From Hyphomicrobiales bacterium (lineage in GTDB: Bacteria > Pseudomonadota > Alphaproteobacteria > Rhizobiales > CAJQND01), in assembly GCA_965204985.1 (NCBI GenBank), contig CBDBFP010000002.1, positions 1,296,107-1,360,106 on the forward strand: 64,000 bases of DNA, read 5' to 3'. Positions 19,091 to 28,997 of the stretch are shown here, in pieces (position 1 is the stretch's first letter; each line of letters opens with the position of its first letter). A model generated the notes under the pieces. That model saw only the letters and a list, made by a program, of their open reading frames with translations. It did not search any database and was not told the origin of the DNA. A program made the position numbers and the translations under genes.

Positions 19091-21216
19091 GTAATCTGGT
19101 GAACGGTGTTACGGGTCGACCACGAAAAGGCGCTGGAAGCCTCCGCTCCGGGCTTTTTGATGAGCGTTCAGTTGCCAAAAAGCGCTTGGAAATGTCGGTC
19201 GCTGAAGATTTTAGCCCAATTATTGGTCGGTATGGGATTACTCCTGAAAGTGTTGCAATTTTGCGATCAACGTCGTTTTTCGACGAGAGTTTTTATCGAA
19301 CACAGCTAAGGCCCTCATTTGGAGAAGTTCGTAACTTATTGCTACATTACTTATCAGAAGGCTGGCTCGTCGGGCTTAGGCCAAATAAGGTATTTGACCC
19401 AAGTTGGTATCAGCTCAGGTATAACGACATATTAGCGAATGGGCTTGAGCCTTTAAGCCACTTTGTTCTGCACGGGATTAGGGAGGGCTGGCGATATCCC
19501 ACTCCATGGTTGAGTGGCCGTGTAACTATCGGCCAGCTTCCGCGTCGTCCAAGACTGCTGCATTATCCTAGAACGAACATTGACCGAATTGTTGCGATTG
19601 ATCATCCGTACTATCGCATGTTTCTTGAAGACAAGATGCCCTCGTATGTCGTCGTTTTCGATGAAGACACGCTGTTTGCAAAGGTTGAAAATGTAGCGAG
19701 GCAAATTCATAAAGAAGACCCATCTTGTCGTATACTTCTTCTTTTTGTTTCATTGAAAGGTGAGCATCATTTTGATTTGAGTTATTTGAGCAATTTTCAA
19801 CTGTGTAAATCTTTGAATTTTGCGCAGAAAACTCAAGTTGAAATGCAAAAAGATATTGCGGAACTTTTACAGCTGTCTGATTTTGACCATATTGTTTATT
19901 TAGCTGGAGATGATGAACTGTTTGGGATGTTTTATGACTGTGCAGGGCATTGCCGGATTTCGCGATCAAGTTTCGAGTGGTGTTCTCCCAAATCAATTGT
20001 CAATGGGGCGGTCGCTAAGAAAAAGATACCTGTGTATTTTTTGCATCCGGATTGGACGACGTCCGGTGTCAACACGTTCACTGCCGAATTGTGCGCACAA
20101 CTACTCTCAAGCAAGAAGTATGCGCCTGAAATTATTATTACGAATAGTATTGAGACACGTCAACGTCGGTTTATGCCAAACGTTCCAGTTCGGATGTTCC
20201 AAACGCCGGCTAACGCTGAAGATGTGTGGAAGCAGGTTGACCAATTATTTGAGGATGGCGATCAGTGTATTGTTATACCCAATTATGATTTCGTAGCGGC
20301 AGCCACAACGGCTAATTTTCCAGAGCATGTAAAAGTGGTCGGGATTGCTCACTCAGATGACAAGTATCATTATGAGCAGGTATATCGACTGGGGCGCTAT
20401 TGGAACTGGATTGTGGCCGTTAGCGATGAGATAGCGAATAATATTAGAAAATTGAATCCTGTTTTTTCGGATAAGATTTCGCGAATCTATTACGGAATTA
20501 CTCCTACACTTGATGAAGAAGAATTTGAGGAGAGCGTGGAAGTTCGTCAAGAGCAAATTACCCGTGGCGAACCAATTCAGTTGGTATATGCTGGAAGATT
20601 AGTCGAATATCAGAAATGTGCCTCAAGACTGAGTAAACTCATTCAATGCCTTGATGAGATTAAACTCCCATACAAGTTTAACATACTTGGAGACGGTCCC
20701 GTTCGAAGTGAACTTGTGGATTCACTGCATGATCATATTCAATCAGGGCTGGTTACTTTTCATGGTCGTCTCAGTTCTGCCGGCGCGCGCGCTTTAGCCG
20801 TGCGTTCGCACGCATCGATACTCGTTTCGGACTTCGAAGGCTTGCCACTGTCAACGCTGGAAGCAATCTCCGGTGGGGCTGTGCCGTGTATGTATCGGAT
20901 TGAATCCGGGATAGAGGAAGTGCTGGAGGCGGATAGTAGCTGCGTGCTTGCGGATCAACAAGATGCGCGTTCATTGGCAAAGGGAATTGCCCAATTGTCG
21001 GAGGGCCTAAATTACCTTAGGTTTGCATGCAACGCGTATGAGCGGTTCCAATTCAACCAGCTTGATGTTGAGAGCATGACCGCACAATATGTCCGTGTTT
21101 TCGACAAGATACTCTCTGCAAGGCCCGGAGAATTTGAACGGCCTCCTCCCCTGATTTGGGGCCATCATTCCATTGCTGGCCGGGTCCCTCCTCCAAGTAT
21201 GTTTAGAGAAAATTGA
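19087..21216 (+). CDS. large glycosyltransferase: N-terminal FDxxWY-repeat region plus C-terminal GT4 (GT-B) domain
   Basis: The C-terminus has the GT4 E-x7-E region SDFEGLPLSTLEAISGGAVP and FNILGDGPVRSEL. The N-terminus has two repeats of the type FDPSWYQLRYNDILANGLEPLSHFVLHGIREGWRYP. A later start such as 19183 is possible. Confidence 0.7.
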   Translation: MSNLVNGVTGRPRKGAGSLRSGLFDERSVAKKRLEMSVAEDFSPIIGRYGITPESVAILRSTSFFDESFYRTQLRPSFGEVRNLLLHYLSEGWLVGLRPNKVFDPSWYQLRYNDILANGLEPLSHFVLHGIREGWRYPTPWLSGRVTIGQLPRRPRLLHYPRTNIDRIVAIDHPYYRMFLEDKMPSYVVVFDEDTLFAKVENVARQIHKEDPSCRILLLFVSLKGEHHFDLSYLSNFQLCKSLNFAQKTQVEMQKDIAELLQLSDFDHIVYLAGDDELFGMFYDCAGHCRISRSSFEWCSPKSIVNGAVAKKKIPVYFLHPDWTTSGVNTFTAELCAQLLSSKKYAPEIIITNSIETRQRRFMPNVPVRMFQTPANAEDVWKQVDQLFEDGDQCIVIPNYDFVAAATTANFPEHVKVVGIAHSDDKYHYEQVYRLGRYWNWIVAVSDEIANNIRKLNPVFSDKISRIYYGITPTLDEEEFEESVEVRQEQITRGEPIQLVYAGRLVEYQKCASRLSKLIQCLDEIKLPYKFNILGDGPVRSELVDSLHDHIQSGLVTFHGRLSSAGARALAVRSHASILVSDFEGLPLSTLEAISGGAVPCMYRIESGIEEVLEADSSCVLADQQDARSLAKGIAQLSEGLNYLRFACNAYERFQFNQLDVESMTAQYVRVFDKILSARPGEFERPPPLIWGHHSIAGRVPPPSMFREN

Positions 21217-21454
21217 TTATGTACCTCGACGATTCGCTGTTGGAAGCTTTTGGCCTGTCTGAGTTTGATCTACCAAAAGAAAGAGCCGCGGAGATGGCGA
21301 AATTTGTTCGGACAAACAGGCCGTAGGGAGCGTTGGGCTCTATATGCAGTGACTTGCAAGAAATACTCGGGCGAAGGGGTACTGTTGCGTTAATTGTTGT
21401 TGCTTGAGATGATGCCTTGAAAACCAAATAATACCAAATGGCCTGATTGATTGT

Positions 21455-22318
21455 CTTTCAGGCCCTTTCAACCCGGCGGCTCTCTGGATCCATGCAGACA
21501 AAGGAGGAGTTCCGATGTCTGCAGCTGTTGGCGGGTCGTGATGACTATGATGCTTCGCCACTTCGCAGCCTTTCCAGGACGAGCGAAGATCTCCGTCAGG
21601 TCCGGCGTTTGCTTTCGCTTGCTTGTGTTTATGATGAGCCGGGCGGATGCGGCGAAGGGGGATGTGGTGGCCCGGCAGAGCCCGAGGGACCGGGGGGCAC
21701 CTGTTCAACGAAGCCGGGCCCGAAGGGCTGTTCGACCGCTGAGATCCCGCGGTCCCGGCGGGGCTGGATGCGGCCCCGATGGCTGAACTTGCTGAGATCA
21801 TCGAACCCGGCCCCTGCCTTGAGCATGACGCTTGAGCATGACGGGGGGGCCGCTGGAGACGACTTGACCTTCAACGGGGGATCGAAGACCGGTTCGGTGT
21901 TGTCTCTCACGAGAGGACCCTCTCCAGGCTGCTTGCAGCGCCCGGCTTTTCACGCCTCACCGGGCGCGCAAGGGGACGAGACCGCGATGGCCGGCCGATC
22001 AGCGTTACAAATCGGCCTGTCTGTTCGGCGCGGTGTGCGCAGACAGGGAGACCGGTGCGGCCCTGATGCTGCCATGGTGGCAGGGTGCCATAGTGCTATG
22101 GGCGGACACTGGAACAAGGAACCTGCCTCTCAAGGAGATCCGCCGGACCGTTGCAAAAGGCGCTCAGGCCGCCGTCCTGATGGACCGCGCCGGGGCACAC
22201 ATCCGGCAAGGTGAAGGGGCCGGATGTGATGCCTGGACCCGGCTCATGAAAGAACCAGCGGCAATCAAATACGGCACATCTCGCGAGTGGACCCAAAACA
22301 GGCAAACCTGAGAGCGTT
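21455..22318 (+). mobile_element. IS630-family element, degenerate (many frameshifts, internal deletion)
   Basis: Pieces VYDEPGGCGEG..., GAQGDETAMAGRSALQIG (frame variants of IRARKGTRPR...QRYKSACLFGAVCADRETGAAL) and AVLMDRAG...CDAWTRLMKEP...SREW. Near-identical left end to 42760. Confidence 0.7.
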
Positions 22319-22425
22319 AGTATTAGTGAACGTGCGAAAATGCAATTGTAGCAGTTGAATCCAACTTGTGATTATCTGCTATAAGCAGTCGCGAAATTTC
22401 TTGCGGCAAGAGTGCGCGGACTTAG

Positions 22426-23802
22426 ATGAAAATAATTATTGGTGGCGCGGGGCAGGTTGGGCGAGGCATCGCCGAACGTCTCGCCCAGGAACAGAATGAT
22501 GTGACTGTCATCGATTCATCACCGGTGCTCGTTCAATCCATCACCGACGGACTTGATGTGCGGGGCGTTGTGGGGTTTGCATCGCACCCGGAAACGCTCG
22601 CCAAAGCCGGCGCCGAAGATGCCGACATGATCATTGCCGTTACGTTTGCTGACGAAGTGAACATGGTGGCCTGTCAAGTCGCCCATTCCTTGTTCGATAT
22701 TCCGACCAAGATCGCCCGGATCCGCGCACAGAGTTATCTTGGTGCGCAATGGAGCAATTTGTTCTCCCGGGAACACATGCCGATTGACGTGATTATTTCC
22801 CCTGAAATTGCTGTGGGGGAAATGGTGCTGAGGCGCCTTGCCCTGCCGGGTGCATTCGAAGCAGTTTACTTCGTCGACGAACGTGTGATTGCGATGGGGA
22901 TCACTTGCGGCGAATATTGCCCGGTGGTCGACACGCCTTTATCTCAATTGACCGAGTTGTTCCCTGATCTGCAGGCCACAGTCGTTGGTATTTCAAGAGA
23001 CCGGTCCTTGTTTGTGCCTCACGGCGATAATCAGATGCTCACGGGCGACCGCGTCTATCTTGTTGCTAACAAAACCCATGCCCAGCGTGCGCTCGGGATT
23101 TTTGGGCATGAGGAGCGCCAGGCACGCAAGGTTCTCATCGCGGGTGGTGGCAGCATCGGATTGTATGTGGCGAGCAAGCTGGAGGAGCTTGAGAGCCGAA
23201 CCCAGGTCAAGCTCATCGAAATGGACCGGAGCAGGGCAATTGATATTGCCGACAAATTGAACCGGACAGTGGTGCTTCATGGTAACGCTATGGAGCAGGC
23301 CTTGCTCCGCGAGGCAGGTGCAAAAGAGATCGAGGCCTTTGTCGCTCTGACCAACAACGACAATGTAAATGTGCTTTCTTCGGTCATGGCCAAGGCCGAA
23401 GGCGCACAACAAACGTTGAGTTTGATTTCAACGCGAGACTATGACGGCATCCTGGGGCCTCTTGGCATTGACGCCTACGTTGACCCCCGGACTGTCACCG
23501 TATCTTCGATCCTGCGCCACGTTCGCCGCGGCCGCATTCGCGGCGTTTACCCGGTGATGAACGGTTCCGGCGAGATTGTGGAAGCCGAGGCCATGGAAAC
23601 CTCGCATGTCATTGGTAAACCTATTCGCGAAGCCGAGCTGCCAACCGGAATTCGCATTGGCGCGATGGTACGAGATGAGAAAGTCATGATCCCAAGCGGG
23701 GATACGGAAATCAAACCCGGAGACAAGATCGTGTTGTTTGTGCATGAGCAATCCATCCGGGAAGTTGAAAAACTGTTTCGTGTCAGCCTTGAATATTTCT
23801 GA
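22426..23802 (+). CDS. trkA: Trk potassium uptake system protein TrkA
   Basis: 458 aa. Two RCK/NAD-binding halves (MKIIIGGAGQVGRGIA and VLIAGGGSIGLYVA). Directly followed by trkH. Confidence 0.9.
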   Translation: MKIIIGGAGQVGRGIAERLAQEQNDVTVIDSSPVLVQSITDGLDVRGVVGFASHPETLAKAGAEDADMIIAVTFADEVNMVACQVAHSLFDIPTKIARIRAQSYLGAQWSNLFSREHMPIDVIISPEIAVGEMVLRRLALPGAFEAVYFVDERVIAMGITCGEYCPVVDTPLSQLTELFPDLQATVVGISRDRSLFVPHGDNQMLTGDRVYLVANKTHAQRALGIFGHEERQARKVLIAGGGSIGLYVASKLEELESRTQVKLIEMDRSRAIDIADKLNRTVVLHGNAMEQALLREAGAKEIEAFVALTNNDNVNVLSSVMAKAEGAQQTLSLISTRDYDGILGPLGIDAYVDPRTVTVSSILRHVRRGRIRGVYPVMNGSGEIVEAEAMETSHVIGKPIREAELPTGIRIGAMVRDEKVMIPSGDTEIKPGDKIVLFVHEQSIREVEKLFRVSLEYF

Positions 23803-23811
23803 CTCGGGCTG

Positions 23812-25272
23812 ATGAACGCCACAACCCTCTATCTGCTTGGCGGCGCGCTTGGTATTTTGACCGGTCTGTTGGGGTTGACGACCGTAGTTGCGGTTGTCCT
23901 TCCGGAAACCCAGACTTCAGGTGGTTTTCTGTTTGCCACGCTGATCACCGGATTTGCAGCAGGGCTGCTGTTGCTAGGTTTCAGGAATGCATCGGATCGT
24001 ATGATGCGAACCGACACAACCATCTTGCTCCTTTTGATCTGGGCCATATTGCCCGCATTTGCCGCAATCCCTTTCGTCGTCTCCGGGCAATTTCCAACGG
24101 TCGTAAAGGCCTACTTTGAGGCCGTCTCGGGCCTCACCACTACAGGTGCAACGACTACTTTGCATGTGGAGTTGCTCGAGACGCCTATTCTGTTCTGGCG
24201 CGCGCTTCTGCAGTGGTTTGGCGGTGCCTTGACCCTGTTGACGGCCGTTCTGGTTCTCGCCCCCTTCGATGCTGCAACGGGCCCAACCAATTCGACAATT
24301 CCCGGTTACGAGCAAGGAGATCTGCCAAAAAGCATTGTTGCAACCGCGCAAGACATCATCCCTGTATATGGTGCACTTACCTCCGTTATTCTGATCGGCC
24401 TCTGGTTTACAGGACTGCCGGAGCTCGACGCGCTCATCTATGCATTCAGTGCGATCTCCACCGGTGGTTTCACATCAAGCAATGCAGGGCTTGCGGCCTA
24501 TGATGCTCCTGCTGCGGAGGTGATCGTCTGTCTTGGGATGATCCTTGGGGCGACGAGTTTTCTGGCGCATCGAACAACATTTCTGCGGTTTCCATCCGGC
24601 GGTCATCTGGATACGCGCGAAAGCCTTATTATGCTGGTCGCCATTCCACTTGCGGGGGCAGCGCTTACTGCCATTTACTGGGGCCAGGACGAAGCTTCGA
24701 TCAGCGCCTTTCGCGTTGGTTTTTTTCAGGCAGTTTCCCTGTTGACTACATCCGGTCTCGACAATGCGGCCGCTGGTGTGCCGGCTACGCCGTTTGTCTT
24801 TGCATTAGCCATGGTTGCAATCGGTGGTGCAGCTTTTTCGACGGCCGGGGGCGTCAAGCTGTTTCGTGTGTCCACAATGATAGTGCAGGCTCACAGAGAA
24901 CTGAAACGTCTGATCCATCCGCGCGGTATTTCAAGCGCACGGGCGGCCGGCAAGGCCTTTGATATTCAGATAATGAAATCGATTTGGGCTTTGTTTGTTG
25001 TCTTTCTTGCAGCCGCTGGAGCGCTTGCTCTTCTGCTGGGATGGCAAGGAACATCATACGAAAACGCCATAATGGCGTCCATCGCGGCTCTCTCGAATGC
25101 CGGACCGGTATTGGGAATGTCGATTGACGGTGCGATAGGGCCAAGTGCCGGATATGAGGCCATACCACCGCTTTCCTTGCTGGGGCTCGCAGCAGGCATG
25201 ATCTTGGGCAAGGTTGAGTTCCTTACCGTCCTGGGATTGTTCGGTTGGTGGTGGCACTCTCTGAGAGTCTGA
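23812..25272 (+). CDS. trkH: Trk system potassium transporter TrkH, 3' end fused to an IS terminus
   Basis: 486 aa polytopic membrane protein with TrkH-type selectivity loops (TTTGATT, ISTGGFT, LTTSGLD, LSNAGPV). The last about 4 codons and the stop lie inside the IS5 inverted repeat (TCTCTGAGAGTCTGA). Confidence 0.85.
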   Translation: MNATTLYLLGGALGILTGLLGLTTVVAVVLPETQTSGGFLFATLITGFAAGLLLLGFRNASDRMMRTDTTILLLLIWAILPAFAAIPFVVSGQFPTVVKAYFEAVSGLTTTGATTTLHVELLETPILFWRALLQWFGGALTLLTAVLVLAPFDAATGPTNSTIPGYEQGDLPKSIVATAQDIIPVYGALTSVILIGLWFTGLPELDALIYAFSAISTGGFTSSNAGLAAYDAPAAEVIVCLGMILGATSFLAHRTTFLRFPSGGHLDTRESLIMLVAIPLAGAALTAIYWGQDEASISAFRVGFFQAVSLLTTSGLDNAAAGVPATPFVFALAMVAIGGAAFSTAGGVKLFRVSTMIVQAHRELKRLIHPRGISSARAAGKAFDIQIMKSIWALFVVFLAAAGALALLLGWQGTSYENAIMASIAALSNAGPVLGMSIDGAIGPSAGYEAIPPLSLLGLAAGMILGKVEFLTVLGLFGWWWHSLRV

Positions 25273-26201
25273 TTCAAAACTATTTCAGGGTTTTCCTGCC
25301 CTTGCGAGATGTCTGGTGACGCGTCGGATGTGTGCGATGGTGATCCGGGCGGCCGCGCTTGCGATGGATTTTTCCCGGTCTTTTGACAGACGGCGGCATC
25401 GTCCGAGCCAGGCAAGGGTGCGTTCGACGACCCAACGGCGGGGGAGACCCTTGAAGCTCCCGGCTATGTGGGAGCGTTTGACGATCCCAACGGTCCAGCG
25501 CCCGATGGCTTTCAAGGCGTCGCGCAGCTTTGGCCCGGCCTGGCCGCCATCGGCAAAAATAGGGCGCAACATGGCAAACCGCACGGCCACGGCTTTCAGC
25601 ATATCCGGCGCACCGTCCCGGTCCTGGAACCCGGCACTGTGCCCCACCCATCCGACCAGCAAGCCAAGCGTGTCGGTGACGATAGGGCGCTTGCGACCCT
25701 TGATCCGCTTGCCCACGTCATAGCCGGTAACCCCGCCCCTTTCCGTGGCTTTCACGCTCTGGCTGTCGAGGATACCGGCGGCGGGCGGGCCTTGCGACCC
25801 TCGGCCAGACGCGCCATCCCGACAAGCGCGCGGGTCATCTCGTCCAGTCGTCCGTCAGTGCGCCAGCCCTGAAAATACCCCCGCACCGTCGAAACCGGTG
25901 GAAAGGCGTTCGGCAACAGCCGCCACTGGCAACCGGTTGTCGCAATGTAAAGGAGCGCATCGAACACAGGGCGCAAGGTCGGTCTTGCGCGGCCTGCCGG
26001 TGGACGTGTGCGACGGCATCAAAGGTTCACTGATCGCCCCTTCCGCGGCGGTCAGGTCGCTTGCATACCTGCCGCCCGTTCGGGTATGTTGGCGGCGAGT
26101 GAGGTCGGTCCAGGCCATCGTGATCTCCATTCAGTTTCACAAGCGAACAGAACCACAACCGGCTGAATTCACTCAACCAGTTGCAAATCAGACTCTAAGA
26201 G
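25259..26201 (-). mobile_element. IS5-family element, copy 2, full-length ends, transposase frameshifted
   Basis: Inverted repeats CTCTGAGAGTCTGATT (25259-) and AATCAGACTCTAAGAG (-26201). Same protein as copy 1, but 1 bp shorter in a CCCGCCCGCC run near 25780, which splits orfB (ORFs 25752-25976 and 25285-25755). Confidence 0.85.
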
Positions 26202-26236
26202 GCTGCCGGTTTTCATCGTTTTCAGGAGCTGCTCAA

Positions 26237-27469
26237 ATGGAGCATGTTGTCATCGTCGGAGCTGGCCAGGCCGGAGGCCGAACAGCGCGTGCCCTTCGCG
26301 AGCAGAGATTTGAAGGCGACATCACGTTGATTGGCGATGAAGCGTTGCTACCTTACGAGAGACCGCCGCTTTCCAAAGCCGTATTGAAAGGAGAAGCAAC
26401 TGTTCAGGACGGTATGCTTGCCGACGAAGAGGCCTATAAGACCCACACAATCACCTTTAAGAGTGACTGCACCGTTTCCTCGATAGAGCCTTCTTCCAAT
26501 GTTGCTCACTGTTCAGACGGTTCCACTCTGAACTACGGTCATCTCGTTTTAACAACGGGTGGCCAGGCCCGTGCGCTGCCGATTGAAGGCGCAGAGTTGG
26601 GCAACGTGCACCTGTTACGGACCGCCAATGATGCCTCAGCGATTTCGGCCCACCTGAAGACTGGATCAAATATTGCCATTATCGGCGGCGGATTCATCGG
26701 CCTCGAAGTTGCAGCGAGTGCGCGCCAATGCGGTTGCAATGTGACGGTTTTGGAAAATCTGGATCGGATTCTCTCCCGCTCAATGCCTGCGGATGCAGCC
26801 CGCGATATCGCTGCCGTTCATGCGCGCAACGGCGTTGAGATCCGGACTGACGTGAAGATTTCATCGTTCCTTGGGGACAAGACCGTGGAAGCGGTATCCT
26901 TTGTCGATGGAAGCAAACTGGACGTCGCTGCCGTCATTGTCGGTATCGGCATTGCCCCGGAAACCGGATTGGCCGTGGCAGCCGGTCTGGAAGTGAATAA
27001 CGGCATTGTAACCGACGAATTTGGCCGCACATCTCAACCGAACATCTATGCTGCGGGTGACTGCGCATCTGCCTTCATTCCCCGTTACGGCAAGCATATC
27101 CGCCTTGAATCCTACCAGAATGCGAACCTCCAACCAGCCAATGTCGCTCGCACTATTCGCGGGAAAAACCAGCCCTATGATCCGGTGCCTTGGCTCTGGT
27201 CGGATCAGTATGACTGGAACCTTCAAACCGCCGGATTCCCAAACGAGTTTGATACATTGGTCAGCCGGGGCAGCATTGATGAGGGCGCTGTCACCTACTT
27301 CAGCATGTTGGATGGTGTCCTGATGGGTGTGGCGGGCTTTGGGCAAGGCGCAGCAATTGCCCGAGATGTGCGGTTTTCGCAAATGATGATGGAAAAAGGA
27401 ATTTCGCCTGCCGCGGGGCAATTGAAGAATCCGGATGTAGCGCTCAAGGATCTGCTCAAGGCAGGTTGA
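26237..27469 (+). CDS. FAD/NAD(P)-dependent ferredoxin (or rubredoxin) reductase
   Basis: MEHVVIVGAGQAGG... with a second dinucleotide fold IAIIGGGFIGLEVAA and the AAGD motif. AGGAG lies upstream of the ATG. The 574-aa track ORF is an artefactual 5' extension through the IS. Confidence 0.85.
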   Translation: MEHVVIVGAGQAGGRTARALREQRFEGDITLIGDEALLPYERPPLSKAVLKGEATVQDGMLADEEAYKTHTITFKSDCTVSSIEPSSNVAHCSDGSTLNYGHLVLTTGGQARALPIEGAELGNVHLLRTANDASAISAHLKTGSNIAIIGGGFIGLEVAASARQCGCNVTVLENLDRILSRSMPADAARDIAAVHARNGVEIRTDVKISSFLGDKTVEAVSFVDGSKLDVAAVIVGIGIAPETGLAVAAGLEVNNGIVTDEFGRTSQPNIYAAGDCASAFIPRYGKHIRLESYQNANLQPANVARTIRGKNQPYDPVPWLWSDQYDWNLQTAGFPNEFDTLVSRGSIDEGAVTYFSMLDGVLMGVAGFGQGAAIARDVRFSQMMMEKGISPAAGQLKNPDVALKDLLKAG

Positions 27470-28994
27470 ATAAGCTTAATATCCTTTGTTCCACCTCAAG
27501 TTGGGTATCGTGTGTGAACTGGGCAGCCACAAACCTATCGGGGCGCACGAGCAGGGTTTCACGGCGTGTGACTTGGTCTTCAAAATAATCCGTACCAAAC
27601 AACTGAGCCACTTCTGACATCCTTGAACTATCCGGACCCGTGCCCCTTACCTCTTTGCACTCAAGCCGGTCGGAGAGCCGCTCCGGCATGGGGCCGCCAA
27701 AGGACACCAGTGCGAAGCCGGTTCCAAGGACGTTATCGAGTTTTTCTGCAGTGCCGTCGGGAAGGCGGAATTCTGGTTGGGGTAGGGGGCGCCCGGCCAG
27801 CTCGCCGGTGTCCTTCAACAACCAGCCTTCATTGTAGACGGCTTGTGGCTTTGGCCGGAATTGTCCAGACACGCCGGTGCCAAGTGCGTCCGCAATCGCT
27901 TCTTTGGCTGCCTCATCTATTTCAGCCTTCGGCATTACCACTCCACCAAGAGCGACCGCATAGTCGATCATCTCTTCCGCCGGCCCGTGACGCTCAAGTT
28001 GGTAGGTGTCAATAATTGAGGCTGGTGCCTGTCCTCTGAGGATCGATGTGATCTTCCAGGCAACATTAAAGGCATCGCGGAGACCCGCATTCATGCCCTG
28101 CCCGGCAAAGGGTGGTGAGAGATGGGCGGCATCCCCCAACAGAAGGCAGCGTCCTTCCTGGAAGCGCTCGGCCACACGCGCATGGAAGGTGTAAACAATA
28201 CAGCGGATGATGTCTTCTTCAGGGATGGGTCTGAACCGGCTAAGTATCCTGTGAACCGTTGCCGCACGGGCCATTTCTTCAGGATCTTCACCCTCCATGA
28301 TCATGAATTCATAACGGCGCCCCCCATCCGGTGCGGGGATGCTGACCATTGGCCTGGCCGGATCGCAAAAGAACTTGGAAAACCGGTCCCGGTCAGGATC
28401 TTTGATCGTGTCGATTACGACCCAGTCGCGCGGATCCGTCCGCCCAGGCATCTTGATACTGAGCCGGTGCCGGACAAAACTGCGCCCGCCATCGCAGCCA
28501 AGCAGATACTGGCAGTGGATCTGTGTTTCTTCCCCGTGCGCCCGGACTTCAGCGATCACACCTTCCCCGGTTTGAGAAAACCCAGCCAATTCAGTTTCGA
28601 ACATACAAGTTACATGATCGAAGCGGTCAAGCCCTTTGAGCAGCACCCGTTCCAGGTCCGGCTGCAAAAATGAGTTCCTGCGGTAATATCCATTTTCGGT
28701 GACCGGAGCTTCAATCTTGGCAAAGCAGGCACCGTTAGAATCGTAATAGCGTGCACCGTAACCCTGGATGACTTGTTCCGCGATCTCTTCAGCCAGCGAC
28801 ACTGATTGCATGGCGCGAAATCCCTCATCATCGAGAAGGATCGCCTTCGGATGGTTCGAGACGTCGCTGTTGCGCTCAACCACAAGGCACGGAACGCCAT
28901 AGGTCCCCAGCAGATTTGCGGCGAGCAGTCCCGTCGGGCCGGCGCCGACAATTAGGACAGGGACGTCGTAATGGGCAGATAGGGACACAGGCAA
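27456..28994 (-). CDS. FAD-dependent aromatic monooxygenase (MhpA / 3-hydroxyphenylpropionate hydroxylase-like)
   Basis: Motifs VLIVGAGPTGLLAANLL, DGGRSFVR and LLGDAAHLSPPFAGQGMNAGLRDAFN. About 510 aa. Confidence 0.8.
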   Translation of the reverse strand: MPVSLSAHYDVPVLIVGAGPTGLLAANLLGTYGVPCLVVERNSDVSNHPKAILLDDEGFRAMQSVSLAEEIAEQVIQGYGARYYDSNGACFAKIEAPVTENGYYRRNSFLQPDLERVLLKGLDRFDHVTCMFETELAGFSQTGEGVIAEVRAHGEETQIHCQYLLGCDGGRSFVRHRLSIKMPGRTDPRDWVVIDTIKDPDRDRFSKFFCDPARPMVSIPAPDGGRRYEFMIMEGEDPEEMARAATVHRILSRFRPIPEEDIIRCIVYTFHARVAERFQEGRCLLLGDAAHLSPPFAGQGMNAGLRDAFNVAWKITSILRGQAPASIIDTYQLERHGPAEEMIDYAVALGGVVMPKAEIDEAAKEAIADALGTGVSGQFRPKPQAVYNEGWLLKDTGELAGRPLPQPEFRLPDGTAEKLDNVLGTGFALVSFGGPMPERLSDRLECKEVRGTGPDSSRMSEVAQLFGTDYFEDQVTRRETLLVRPDRFVAAQFTHDTQLEVEQRILSLFNLP

Positions 28995-28997
28995 CGG

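Noticed and set aside
21219-21326. 35-codon ORF (MYLDDSLLEAFGLSEFDLPKERAAEMAKFVRTNRP) just after the glycosyltransferase
   Set aside because: It has no RBS and no recognisable motif, and it is below any length I can support by eye. It is mentioned only in case conservation is found.
25745-27469. 574-aa ORF in the track
   Set aside because: Its first about 160 codons run antisense through IS5 copy 2 and are Arg/Ala/Pro-rich shadow sequence. The real gene starts at the AGGAG-preceded ATG at 26237 (MEHVVIVGAGQAGG).
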